Below are positions 1 to 7,527 of a DNA stretch of 64,000 nucleotides, one piece after another (position 1 is the first letter of the stretch; the number at the start of each line of letters is the position of its first letter). Both the position numbers and the translations under genes were made by a program. Below the pieces are notes generated by a model. That model searched no databases and had not been told where the DNA came from. It was given only the letters and a program-made list of their open reading frames with translations. Source of the DNA: Patescibacteria group bacterium (GTDB lineage: Bacteria > Patescibacteriota > Saccharimonadia > Saccharimonadales > CAYUUR01); NCBI GenBank assembly GCA_052034685.1, contig JBPOIH010000007.1, forward strand, positions 13,249 through 77,248, written 5' to 3'.

Positions 1-499
1 TAGAATGTGAATACACACGCGCTGTACTCCTTCGGTAACTACTGTGCGGTTCGGACCCAACGAGTGCCAGTAGTTTCCAGTGCCCACGACCGGCGATATC
101 TTGAGCTGACGAACGAGCATTTGCCATGATAGTATCCTCAATCGTTTCATGTGTTGCCACTGACTGAAGAAGCCCATTGACGGTGCTGAAGTAGCGGCGC
201 CGTTCACTGATACTGGCCATCATTTTTCTTCCGAGCATGAGTCCAACTATTGCGCCAGTGACGAATGCAGCTCCAGATTGTGACATCAACGTCGGGTCGT
301 CTTCATGTTTTTCTGATGCCCCACTCAATGTTACACGTAAATAATATGGCACCTTCTGCCAGTTGTAATTTGCATACTCAATACTACCCTTTTTTGCAAC
401 AGCATCAATAATCGACTCGCAAGCATTGTCAAATTCAAACTGAACGTTATCTAATGCTCGTTGAGTTGGCATTGTTCCAAGAATTTCTAAATCAGACAT
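1..499 (-). CDS. Hypothetical protein, 3-prime truncated by the window edge (ATG at 499, open to position 1). It sits where rplC would normally follow rpsJ.
   Basis: I translated the minus-strand frame by hand: [25 protein letters not shown]...[15 protein letters not shown]... It has no stop codon from 499 to 1. It is not an L3-like sequence. It lies 55 nt downstream of the rpsJ stop. Confidence 0.45.
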   Translation of the reverse strand, partial: MSDLEILGTMPTQRALDNVQFEFDNACESIIDAVAKKGSIEYANYNWQKVPYYLRVTLSGASEKHEDDPTLMSQSGAAFVTGAIVGLMLGRKMMASISERRRYFSTVNGLLQSVATHETIEDTIMANARSSAQDIAGRGHWKLLALVGSEPHSSYRRSTARVYSHS

Positions 500-553
500 G
501 GGTAGTATGTTATTTATGTTCGGTGTATGTAGTTACTTCAGCGTAACTGACAA

Positions 554-895
554 CTACATCTTTATTTCGGCATCACAGCCGGCAGGAAGCGAAAGATTCA
601 TTAGTGAATCAATTGTCTTTGGTGTTGGCTCTAACACATCGATAATACGTTTGTGTACACGCATTTCAAACTGTTCACGGCCTTTTTTATAAACGTGCGG
701 GCTCTTAACAACAGTGTAAGTTGTTTTCTTGGTTGGAAGTGGGATTGGCCCAGCAATTGTTGCACCGGTACGGATTGCTGTATCAACAATCTGCTTAGCA
801 GACTGATCGATTACTTTGTGATCATATGCCTTAAGACGGATACGGATCTTTTGCTTACCGTCTTTCTTTTCTAGTGGTTTTTTGGCGTCAGCCAT
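554..895 (-). CDS. rpsJ: 30S ribosomal protein S10
   Basis: The 113-aa ORF has an S10-like core, RIRLKAYDH...AGPIPLPT...[27 protein letters not shown]. An AAAGGAG Shine-Dalgarno sits 6 nt upstream. Confidence 0.9.
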   Translation of the reverse strand: MADAKKPLEKKDGKQKIRIRLKAYDHKVIDQSAKQIVDTAIRTGATIAGPIPLPTKKTTYTVVKSPHVYKKGREQFEMRVHKRIIDVLEPTPKTIDSLMNLSLPAGCDAEIKM

Positions 896-1106
896 GATGT
901 GCTCCTTTCATGAGCACTAGGGCGGAGGGGGAAGGATGAAGGGTGGAGGTTTTCCTCATTCCCTTTTGCCTTAGCCCTTAGCCCTAGTCTGTGATGTAAC
1001 ATCTCCGTAAGTGCTATAGAGAGCCCTGTACGACGACTTTTAGTCATCACGATTAGTTTGTAATACAATCCTACAACAATAATCAATTTTTGTGAAGGAT
1101 CTTCTG

Positions 1107-1541
1107 TTAAGTGATACTAGATGCAGCCTCTAATGTGCGCTGCCTTTCACTTCGCTCAATGCCATAGCGTTTATCAAGTGTATGTCGCGGCCCGCCTTGA
1201 AAAGCATTATATGCCGATAGTGCGTAGTTAAGTGCGCGCTTACCAACTAAGTGACACCTGTCATATCTGCCGTAGTAGTATCCACTGGTATCGATATTGA
1301 AGTATCTCTCTTGTCGCAGCGTTTCAACTTCATGAAGTGTTACACCTTCATCATCTGCGAGCTGCCTGAATATGTAGCCACTAAGTTCATATGCAACATC
1401 ATTGGCGAGGGCTATTTCACCGTTGTCGATAAGTTCTGTAGCTTTCTGAATAGTTTCAGCTAAACCACATTCTTGACTAGCAATCTCCTCAATACTAGTT
1501 CGTATGAGTCCCGCCTGGCTATCACGCGAATAATAGGTCAT
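1107..1541 (-). CDS. Hypothetical protein (144 aa), lineage-specific, in the tuf-rpsJ spacer
   Basis: ORF MTYYSRDSQAGLIRTSIEEIASQECGLAE...YYYGRYDRCHLVGKRALNYALSAYNAF... I recognise no motif in it. It lies between the tuf terminator and the S10 leader. Confidence 0.45.
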   Translation of the reverse strand: MTYYSRDSQAGLIRTSIEEIASQECGLAETIQKATELIDNGEIALANDVAYELSGYIFRQLADDEGVTLHEVETLRQERYFNIDTSGYYYGRYDRCHLVGKRALNYALSAYNAFQGGPRHTLDKRYGIERSERQRTLEAASSIT

Positions 1542-1683
1542 GTTTTCTCCTTAAGATCGTCTGAAATATATACAAAAGTAGCGATAAACGCAAGCACAAG
1601 CATAATCAGAACACTTTGCGTGGTGGTTTTAGATAGAGCTCGGGTTTTTCAAGCGTGTTATGCAGTGTTAGTAACCGATAATG

Positions 1684-1718
1684 AAAAAGGAGCTGTACTT
1701 AGCGTATAGCTCCTTTTT
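1684..1718 (-). terminator. Rho-independent terminator downstream of tuf; the hairpin has A and T runs on both sides, so it could act in both directions
   Basis: aaaaaggagct-gtacttagcgtat-agctccttttt forms an 11-bp stem including A:T pairs. On the minus strand the stem is followed by TTTTT. It lies 50 nt after the tuf stop. Confidence 0.65.
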
Positions 1719-1767
1719 CTGTCGCAGGTCTTATCCTGCAGTGTGCCCTGGTAAAGGGGCGAGATCG

Positions 1768-2949
1768 CTACTTGTTGATCTTGGTAACAACACCAGCACC
1801 TACGGTACGGCCACCTTCGCGGATAGCGAAGCGTAGACCCTGTTCCATAGCGATTGGTGCAAGCAGTTTAACCTTGAAGGTTACTGTGTCGCCCGGCATG
1901 ACCATTTCTTTGTCAGCTGGGAGTTCAACCTCACCAGTTACGTCCGTAGTACGGAAGTAGAACTGTGGCTTGTAGCCCTTGAAGAATGGTGTGTGACGAC
2001 CGCCTTCATCCTTAGTGAGGATATAGACTTCTGCATCAAACTCAGTGTGAGGAGTGATTGAACCAGGCTTAGCCAAAACTTGGCCGCGCTCGATGTCATC
2101 ACGCTCAATACCACGAAGCAAGATACCAGCGTTATCACCAGCTTGTCCTTGATCAAGAGATTTCTTGAACATTTCGATGCCAGTTACAACTGATTTCTTG
2201 GTGTCGCGGACACCAGTAATTTCAACTTCGTCGTTAACTTTAACGATACCTTGTTCAATACGGCCAGTAGCAACAGTGCCACGACCTTTGATTGAGAAGA
2301 CGTCTTCGATAGCCATCATGAAAGGCTTGTCGAGGTCGCGCTTAGGCTCTTCAACATAGTCATCCATAGCTTTGATCAGTTCCATGATTGCATCTTCGTT
2401 AGCTGCATCGCCTTCGAGTGCCTTGGTAGCTGAACCCTTGATGATTGGAGCATCTTCGTCAAAACCGTTCTTAGCGAGCAGTTCACGAATGTCCATTTCA
2501 ACTAGTTCGATGAGTTCTGGATCAGCAAGATCCATCTTGTTCATGAATACAAGAATCTTAGGTACGCCCACTTGCTTAGCAAGAAGTACGTGTTCACGAG
2601 TCTGAGGCAACGGACCGTCGTTAGCGGCAACCACGAGGATAGCACCATCGATCTGCGCAGCACCGGTAATCATGTTCTTCACATAGTCGGCGTGACCTGG
2701 CATGTCAACGTGCGCGTAGTGGCGCTTTTCTGATTCATATTCTTGGTGAGAAGTCGCAATGGTAATACCACGTGCTTTCTCTTCTGGGGCGTTGTCAATC
2801 TGATCATACGCAATTGGTTTGTTAACGTCGCTCGGTAGCTTTTTAGCTAGTACAGCGGTGATAGCAGCCGTAAGTGTCGTTTTACCGTGGTCAACGTGAC
2901 CCATAGTACCTACGTTTACATGCGGCTTGCTTCGGTCAAAATCTGCCAT
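1768..2949 (-). CDS. tuf: Elongation factor Tu
   Basis: The 393-aa ORF has the G1 motif [15 protein letters not shown], plus DMPGHADYV and NKMD. Confidence 0.97.
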   Translation of the reverse strand: MADFDRSKPHVNVGTMGHVDHGKTTLTAAITAVLAKKLPSDVNKPIAYDQIDNAPEEKARGITIATSHQEYESEKRHYAHVDMPGHADYVKNMITGAAQIDGAILVVAANDGPLPQTREHVLLAKQVGVPKILVFMNKMDLADPELIELVEMDIRELLAKNGFDEDAPIIKGSATKALEGDAANEDAIMELIKAMDDYVEEPKRDLDKPFMMAIEDVFSIKGRGTVATGRIEQGIVKVNDEVEITGVRDTKKSVVTGIEMFKKSLDQGQAGDNAGILLRGIERDDIERGQVLAKPGSITPHTEFDAEVYILTKDEGGRHTPFFKGYKPQFYFRTTDVTGEVELPADKEMVMPGDTVTFKVKLLAPIAMEQGLRFAIREGGRTVGAGVVTKINK

Positions 2950-3100
2950 GTAGATTTGTCTCCTATTATTAGTTCATTATTTTATCGCGGTCCATGTCAC
3001 ATCAATAGCAACGCCCTCTCGCGAGTACATCAATAATCTTACCTGTTAGTCGGTCTTTTGTAAAGAGTTTTAACGTCAGTTTAGGAAGTGCACAAGTATA

Positions 3101-3511
3101 TTATTGAGCTGCCAATATTTGCACACAAAACCGTTCTTCTAGTTCTTGTTGTGCAGTCATGGTTCTATCAAGAGCTAGACGCTCATAGTCATTCACCATG
3201 AATTGAGGCATTTTTACAGTAGGAATAGATTCGTTGTCTGATGATACAGGTAAACCAAGCCAGATATACTGATTACTTACAGCAGTACTACAGCGTCGAA
3301 GCGTATCAGCACATTCTCGATCTGGAATATAGTGAGCAGCTTCAATCTGTCTTTTGACCAGTTGTCTACTTAGCCACAAACCCATTGTGAACGTTGACTG
3401 TTCCCGATCGTAGCTCGTATATGCAAAGTAAATAACTGCATGACCACTGTAGCCTGGCTCTATGCTACGGAATCGTTCGGCGCTAATCTCGGTAAACTTG
3501 TCGCGAAGCAT
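3101..3511 (-). CDS. Hypothetical protein (136 aa) between fusA and tuf
   Basis: ORF MLRDKFTEISAERFRSIEPGYSGHAVIYFAYTSYDREQ... Its ATG at 3511 lies only 5 nt after the fusA TAG (3517..3519), which is tight operon spacing. Confidence 0.5.
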   Translation of the reverse strand: MLRDKFTEISAERFRSIEPGYSGHAVIYFAYTSYDREQSTFTMGLWLSRQLVKRQIEAAHYIPDRECADTLRRCSTAVSNQYIWLGLPVSSDNESIPTVKMPQFMVNDYERLALDRTMTAQQELEERFCVQILAAQ

Positions 3512-3516
3512 GCTTA

Positions 3517-5604
3517 CTACTTGGCGTTTTTGGCAATGATAGCTTCTGTGACGTTTGGTGGAACGTCTTCGTAGTGGTCAAGCTCCATACTTGAACTCGC
3601 ACGACCTTGCGTCATTGAACGCAGGTTGGTGGTGTAACCAAACATTTCACCAAGTGGTACAAAGGCAGTGATTTCTTTAACGCCGCTGGAAAGGTCTTCC
3701 ATAGACTCGATGCGTCCACGCTTACTGTTGAGGTCACCAATGACATCGCCCATGAACTCTTCAGGTGTTACGGCAACAACCTTCATGATAGGTTCAAGGA
3801 GTACTGGCTTAGCAACCTTCACACCAGCTTGCAGTGCCATAGAGCCAGCAATCTTAAAGGCCATTTCGTTTGAGTCAACGTCGTGGTAGCTTCCGTCGTA
3901 CAGTTCTGCCTTGATATCAACAACAGGGTATCCGGCGATAACACCGTTAGACATTGCCTCGATGATACCTTGCTCAACTGGCTTGATGTATTCACTTGGG
4001 ACAACTCCACCCTTGATAGAGTTAATGAACTCAAAGCCTTTACCAGCTTCGTTCTGAGACAGGCGAAGCCAAACGTGACCGTACTGACCACGTCCACCAG
4101 ATTGCTTGACGAACTTACCTTCAATTTCAACAGCGTCTTTGCGGATAGTTTCACGGTAGGCAACCTGTGGTTGACCAATGTTAGCTTCGACGTTAAATTC
4201 GCGCTTCATACGGTCAACGAGAATTTCGAGGTGAAGCTCACCCATACCAGAGATAATTGTCTGGCCTGTTTCTTCGTCAACACGAACACGGAAAGTTGGA
4301 TCTTCCTCTGCAAGACGCTGCAATGCTAGGCTCATCTTCTCTTGGTCAGCCTTTGTCTTTGGTTCGATTGCAATGCTGACAGGCGGTTCAGGGAATGTAA
4401 TGCTCTCAAGCACAATAGGATCATTGATTTCACAAAGTGTGTTACCAGTTGTTGTACCCTTAAGGCCAACGATGGCAGCGATATCACCAGCACCGATTTC
4501 AGTAACGTCTTCACGCTTGTCAGCTTGCAGACGTACAATACGGCCGATGCGTTCTTTGCTACCCGTAGAACTGTTCAGAATATATGACCCAGCTACGAGC
4601 TTACCTGAGTAAACACGGAAGTAAGCCAGCTTACCAACAAAAGGATCAGTTGTGATCTTAAAGGCCAGCGCTGCAAAAGGATCAGATTCGCTTGGCTTTC
4701 GCTCAATTTCATCACCAGTCTTTGGGTGCGTGCCCCAGGTAGAACCAACGTCAAGTGGGCTTGGCAGGTAGTCATTAACCATATCGAGTACTTTTTCTAC
4801 GATAACGCCACGGCCATCGCCCCCAGTTACGGCAAAGAACTTACCTGATAGCACAGCGGTACGGATAGCTTGCTTGATTTCATCAGTTGACAGACCTTCT
4901 TCACCGACTTCAAAGAACTTCTCCATCATGGCTTCGTCTTCTGCGACGGCATTTTCTATCAGCAGGCTGCGGTATTTCTTGGCCTTGTCGAGCATATCTT
5001 CTGGGATTTCACCCTCAATCAGCTCTTTATCGGTGAAGTCTTTGTAGGTGTATGCCTTCATTTCGACGAGGTCAATTACACCGTTGATGGCTTGTTCAAA
5101 ACCAATTGGCAAATGCACAGGGAATGCGTGTTTGCTGAGGCGGTTATGGATAGAGTCGAGAGACTTGTAGAAGTCACCACCCGTTTGGTTGATTTTGTTG
5201 ATGAAACAAATACGTGGGACTTTGTACTTGTCAGCTTGGCGCCAGACAGTTTCAGATTGTGATTCAACACCCATCTTACCGTCAAAGACCACACACGCAC
5301 CATCAAGCACACGTAGTGAACGCTCAACTTCAACGGTGAAGTCGATGTGACCAGGAGTATCGATAATGTTAATCTGGTTACCCTTCCAGTAACAAGTCAC
5401 AGAAGCAGCCACGATAGTAATACCGCGTTCGCGTTCTTGTGCCATCCAGTCGGTTGTTGTCTCACCTTCGTGCACTGCACCGATCTTGTGGTTCAAACCA
5501 GTACGGTAGAGGATACCTTCTGTAGTGGTAGTTTTACCGGCATCAATGTGCGCGATAATACCGAGGTTCCTAATATCTTTCATTGGTGTTGTTTTTGCCG
5601 CCAT
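3517..5604 (-). CDS. fusA: Elongation factor G
   Basis: The 695-aa ORF has AHIDAGKTTTTE and DTPGHIDF, the full EF-G domain set. An AGAGGG Shine-Dalgarno lies upstream. Confidence 0.97.
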   Translation of the reverse strand: MAAKTTPMKDIRNLGIIAHIDAGKTTTTEGILYRTGLNHKIGAVHEGETTTDWMAQERERGITIVAASVTCYWKGNQINIIDTPGHIDFTVEVERSLRVLDGACVVFDGKMGVESQSETVWRQADKYKVPRICFINKINQTGGDFYKSLDSIHNRLSKHAFPVHLPIGFEQAINGVIDLVEMKAYTYKDFTDKELIEGEIPEDMLDKAKKYRSLLIENAVAEDEAMMEKFFEVGEEGLSTDEIKQAIRTAVLSGKFFAVTGGDGRGVIVEKVLDMVNDYLPSPLDVGSTWGTHPKTGDEIERKPSESDPFAALAFKITTDPFVGKLAYFRVYSGKLVAGSYILNSSTGSKERIGRIVRLQADKREDVTEIGAGDIAAIVGLKGTTTGNTLCEINDPIVLESITFPEPPVSIAIEPKTKADQEKMSLALQRLAEEDPTFRVRVDEETGQTIISGMGELHLEILVDRMKREFNVEANIGQPQVAYRETIRKDAVEIEGKFVKQSGGRGQYGHVWLRLSQNEAGKGFEFINSIKGGVVPSEYIKPVEQGIIEAMSNGVIAGYPVVDIKAELYDGSYHDVDSNEMAFKIAGSMALQAGVKVAKPVLLEPIMKVVAVTPEEFMGDVIGDLNSKRGRIESMEDLSSGVKEITAFVPLGEMFGYTTNLRSMTQGRASSSMELDHYEDVPPNVTEAIIAKNAK

Positions 5605-5607
5605 TCT

Positions 5608-5898
5608 CTATCCCTCTTTCTGTTCGTTCGTAATGCTCTTGTATTGTGTTGCGAGTGTTTCTAATCGTTGTTGAGTACCTTCAGCACCATCTGCCATTTG
5701 GCTTCTGTAGGCTAGGCTGTATGCAAGGGTGTCCCAGACGGCCTCTTCGGCTGCGAAAACATCATTAGTAGACAGGTCGAGTGCTGAATCAAGATCAACA
5801 CGTACACTGTCCCTAACGACAGACTTGGCCAGCGCCATATACAACTCTGAAGGCGAATCAACGGATTCTTTCTCAAAGAGTTCTTCAGCAAGCTGCAT
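5608..5898 (-). CDS. Hypothetical acidic protein (about 96 aa from the Met at 5898; the track ORF extends to 6066 as 152 aa)
   Basis: MQLAEELFEKESVDSPSELYMALAKSVVRDSVRVDLDSALDL... Its TAG stop at 5608..5610 is 3 nt from the fusA ATG. I chose the internal start so it does not overlap the 99-aa ORF upstream. Confidence 0.4.
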   Translation of the reverse strand: MQLAEELFEKESVDSPSELYMALAKSVVRDSVRVDLDSALDLSTNDVFAAEEAVWDTLAYSLAYRSQMADGAEGTQQRLETLATQYKSITNEQKEG

Positions 5899-5932
5899 CC
5901 ATCTGGTTTTGTTTATTGCAATCTCAGCCACT

Positions 5933-6232
5933 CTATTGTGCCACACCGCTTTCTGCATCTTGTGGCACGCCAGCGTATGGTGACGCTTCGTACAAGAAGT
6001 CAACATTTGCAACTGGTCCGTAGTCTCTGAAGACTTCGATAGCGTCATCTCGGACATCGACGTCATCTACCACCCAAGCACGGACAGTGTCAAAGCCTTC
6101 TACCTGGAATGGATTCTGTGGTCGATACCTTAGTGCATCGACTACAAACAGCTCACCACAAGCAGCTTCATTGAACATTCCTTGGTCGCCGATACTGAGG
6201 AGATCTGCTGATACTTTTGTTTCAAACGCCAT
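5933..6232 (-). CDS. Hypothetical acidic protein (99 aa) immediately downstream of rpsG
   Basis: MAFETKVSADLLSIGDQGMFNEAACGELFVVDALRYRPQNPF... Its ATG at 6232 is 2 nt after the rpsG TAA, giving TAAtcATG. Confidence 0.5.
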   Translation of the reverse strand: MAFETKVSADLLSIGDQGMFNEAACGELFVVDALRYRPQNPFQVEGFDTVRAWVVDDVDVRDDAIEVFRDYGPVANVDFLYEASPYAGVPQDAESGVAQ

Positions 6233-6234
6233 GA

Positions 6235-6711
6235 TTATCTCGCAAAGTGAGCAAAGGCTCGGTTAGCTTCAGCCATCTTGTGTGTGTCTTCACGCTTCTT
6301 AACGGCTGTTCCTGTGTTGTTGTAGGCGTCCATAAGCTCTGCAGCAATGCGGTCTTCCATGCTCATACCTTTTTTGGCGCGAGCAGCAGCAACAAACCAC
6401 ATCATGGTGAGGTGATTCTGGCGTTGGCCCTTAACTTCAAAAGGAATCTGGTAGTTCGCACCACCAACGCGGCGAGAACGAGTCTCAACCTGCGGCTGAA
6501 TGTTCTTCATAGCTTGTTCAAACACATCAAGTGGGTTCTGCACCTTGAGCTTATCGGCAGCTTTTTGCATACCACCATAGACAAGTCGTTCAGCAAGCTG
6601 CTTCTTACCGTTAAGCATGACGCGGTTAATAAGACGCTGGACCTGTACAGAGTTGTACACGCGGTCAGCTGGGATATCTCGCACGAGTGATTTGGTTACT
6701 TTTCTAGGCAT
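6235..6711 (-). CDS. rpsG: 30S ribosomal protein S7
   Basis: The S7 core starts at the conserved MPRKVTK. A GGAAGGAG Shine-Dalgarno lies 7 nt upstream. The track ORF extends 14 codons further (MNYQ...); I rejected that extension. Confidence 0.92.
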   Translation of the reverse strand: MPRKVTKSLVRDIPADRVYNSVQVQRLINRVMLNGKKQLAERLVYGGMQKAADKLKVQNPLDVFEQAMKNIQPQVETRSRRVGGANYQIPFEVKGQRQNHLTMMWFVAAARAKKGMSMEDRIAAELMDAYNNTGTAVKKREDTHKMAEANRAFAHFAR

Positions 6712-6955
6712 TTTGGACTCCTTCCGCAACAATCGCGCATTCTGGTAGTTCATCTACTCCCGACTCTCGGTATGCTTCGAAAATACGATTACATGTACTA
6801 AATACATTTATGGCATCTTTGCCAGTAGTTGAGACTGTTGGGTTAATGTTAGGGCACTGCCAGTAGCATTCCCCAGAGTCTCTTTGCTCAGCAGTAACAG
6901 GGCCTCCTGCGACAACAAAGCTTTCGCTAAATAATGGACCTTCGCTGAAACTCAT
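6704..6955 (-). CDS. Hypothetical Cys-containing small protein (83 aa) filling the entire rpsL-rpsG spacer
   Basis: [39 protein letters not shown]...STCNRIFEAY...PECAIV has 4 Cys. Its ATG overlaps the rpsL TAA as TAATG. Its TAG stop overlaps the rpsG ATG as ATGCCTAG. Confidence 0.4.
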   Translation of the reverse strand: MSFSEGPLFSESFVVAGGPVTAEQRDSGECYWQCPNINPTVSTTGKDAINVFSTCNRIFEAYRESGVDELPECAIVAEGVQNA

Positions 6956-7368
6956 TATTTGCTCTCTTTCTTGGCACCGTACTTGCTACGTCCCTGTTTG
7001 CGGTTTTCGACACCTTGCAGGTCAAGTGCACCTCGCACAATGTGATAACGAACACCAGGAAGATCCTTAACACGTCCACCACGGATCAGAACAACAGCGT
7101 GTTCCTGTAGGTTGTGGCCTTCGCCAGGGATATATGCCCAAACTTCATGACCGTTGTTCAAACGTACACGAGCGACTTTACGAAGCGCAGAGTTTGGCTT
7201 CTTTGGAGTTTTCGTGGTGACCTTAACACAGACACCACGCTTCAGCGGTGCTGCTTTTTCATAGTTTCTAGTTTTGAGGTTGTTAACAACCTTGTGTAGG
7301 GCTGGAGATTTTGACTTCTCCTTCTTGATGCTGCGCGGTTTACGCACGAGCTGATTGATTGTTGGCAT
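6955..7368 (-). CDS. rpsL: 30S ribosomal protein S12
   Basis: 137 aa, [12 protein letters not shown]...[11 protein letters not shown]...[30 protein letters not shown]. Confidence 0.96.
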   Translation of the reverse strand: MPTINQLVRKPRSIKKEKSKSPALHKVVNNLKTRNYEKAAPLKRGVCVKVTTKTPKKPNSALRKVARVRLNNGHEVWAYIPGEGHNLQEHAVVLIRGGRVKDLPGVRYHIVRGALDLQGVENRKQGRSKYGAKKESK

Positions 7369-7483
7369 AGTTCTCCTTGTCTACTGCAGCATGTGATCGC
7401 CAAAATCACACGGCTCAGACATTAGTTTATCGTTGTAAATAATATCAGGTTTGTACGAATCGTACAAGTCTTTGGCTCGGGTT

Positions 7484-7514
7484 GGTTGACGTGCAATGGT
7501 TTAGCACGTCAACC
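7484..7514 (-). repeat. Strong 11-bp-stem hairpin 13 nt after the rpoC stop, with no U-tract
   Basis: GGTTGACGTGC-aatggttta-GCACGTCAACC. It could be a processing or stability element, or a partial attenuator, between rpoC and rpsL. Confidence 0.4.
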
Positions 7515-7527
7515 CTGGCCCTGGAAC

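Noticed and set aside
871-1086. 71-aa minus-strand ORF in the S10 leader
   Set aside because: It overlaps the rpsJ start and Shine-Dalgarno region and runs through the low-complexity G-rich/pyrimidine tract. More likely non-coding leader.
1473-1709. 78-aa plus-strand ORF across the tuf terminator
   Set aside because: It spans the terminator hairpin, has no upstream Shine-Dalgarno, and is oriented against the surrounding operon.
3668-5333. Several 60-150-aa ORFs on both strands inside fusA (e.g. 3819..4178, 3883..4329, 5076..5333)
   Set aside because: They lie wholly inside the strongly supported EF-G gene. They are shadow frames typical of a GC-biased third position.
6712-6753. 14-codon N-terminal extension of rpsG (MNYQNARLLRKESK)
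   Set aside because: The conserved S7 start MPRK has a strong GGAAGGAG Shine-Dalgarno 7 nt upstream. The extension would overlap the upstream small ORF.
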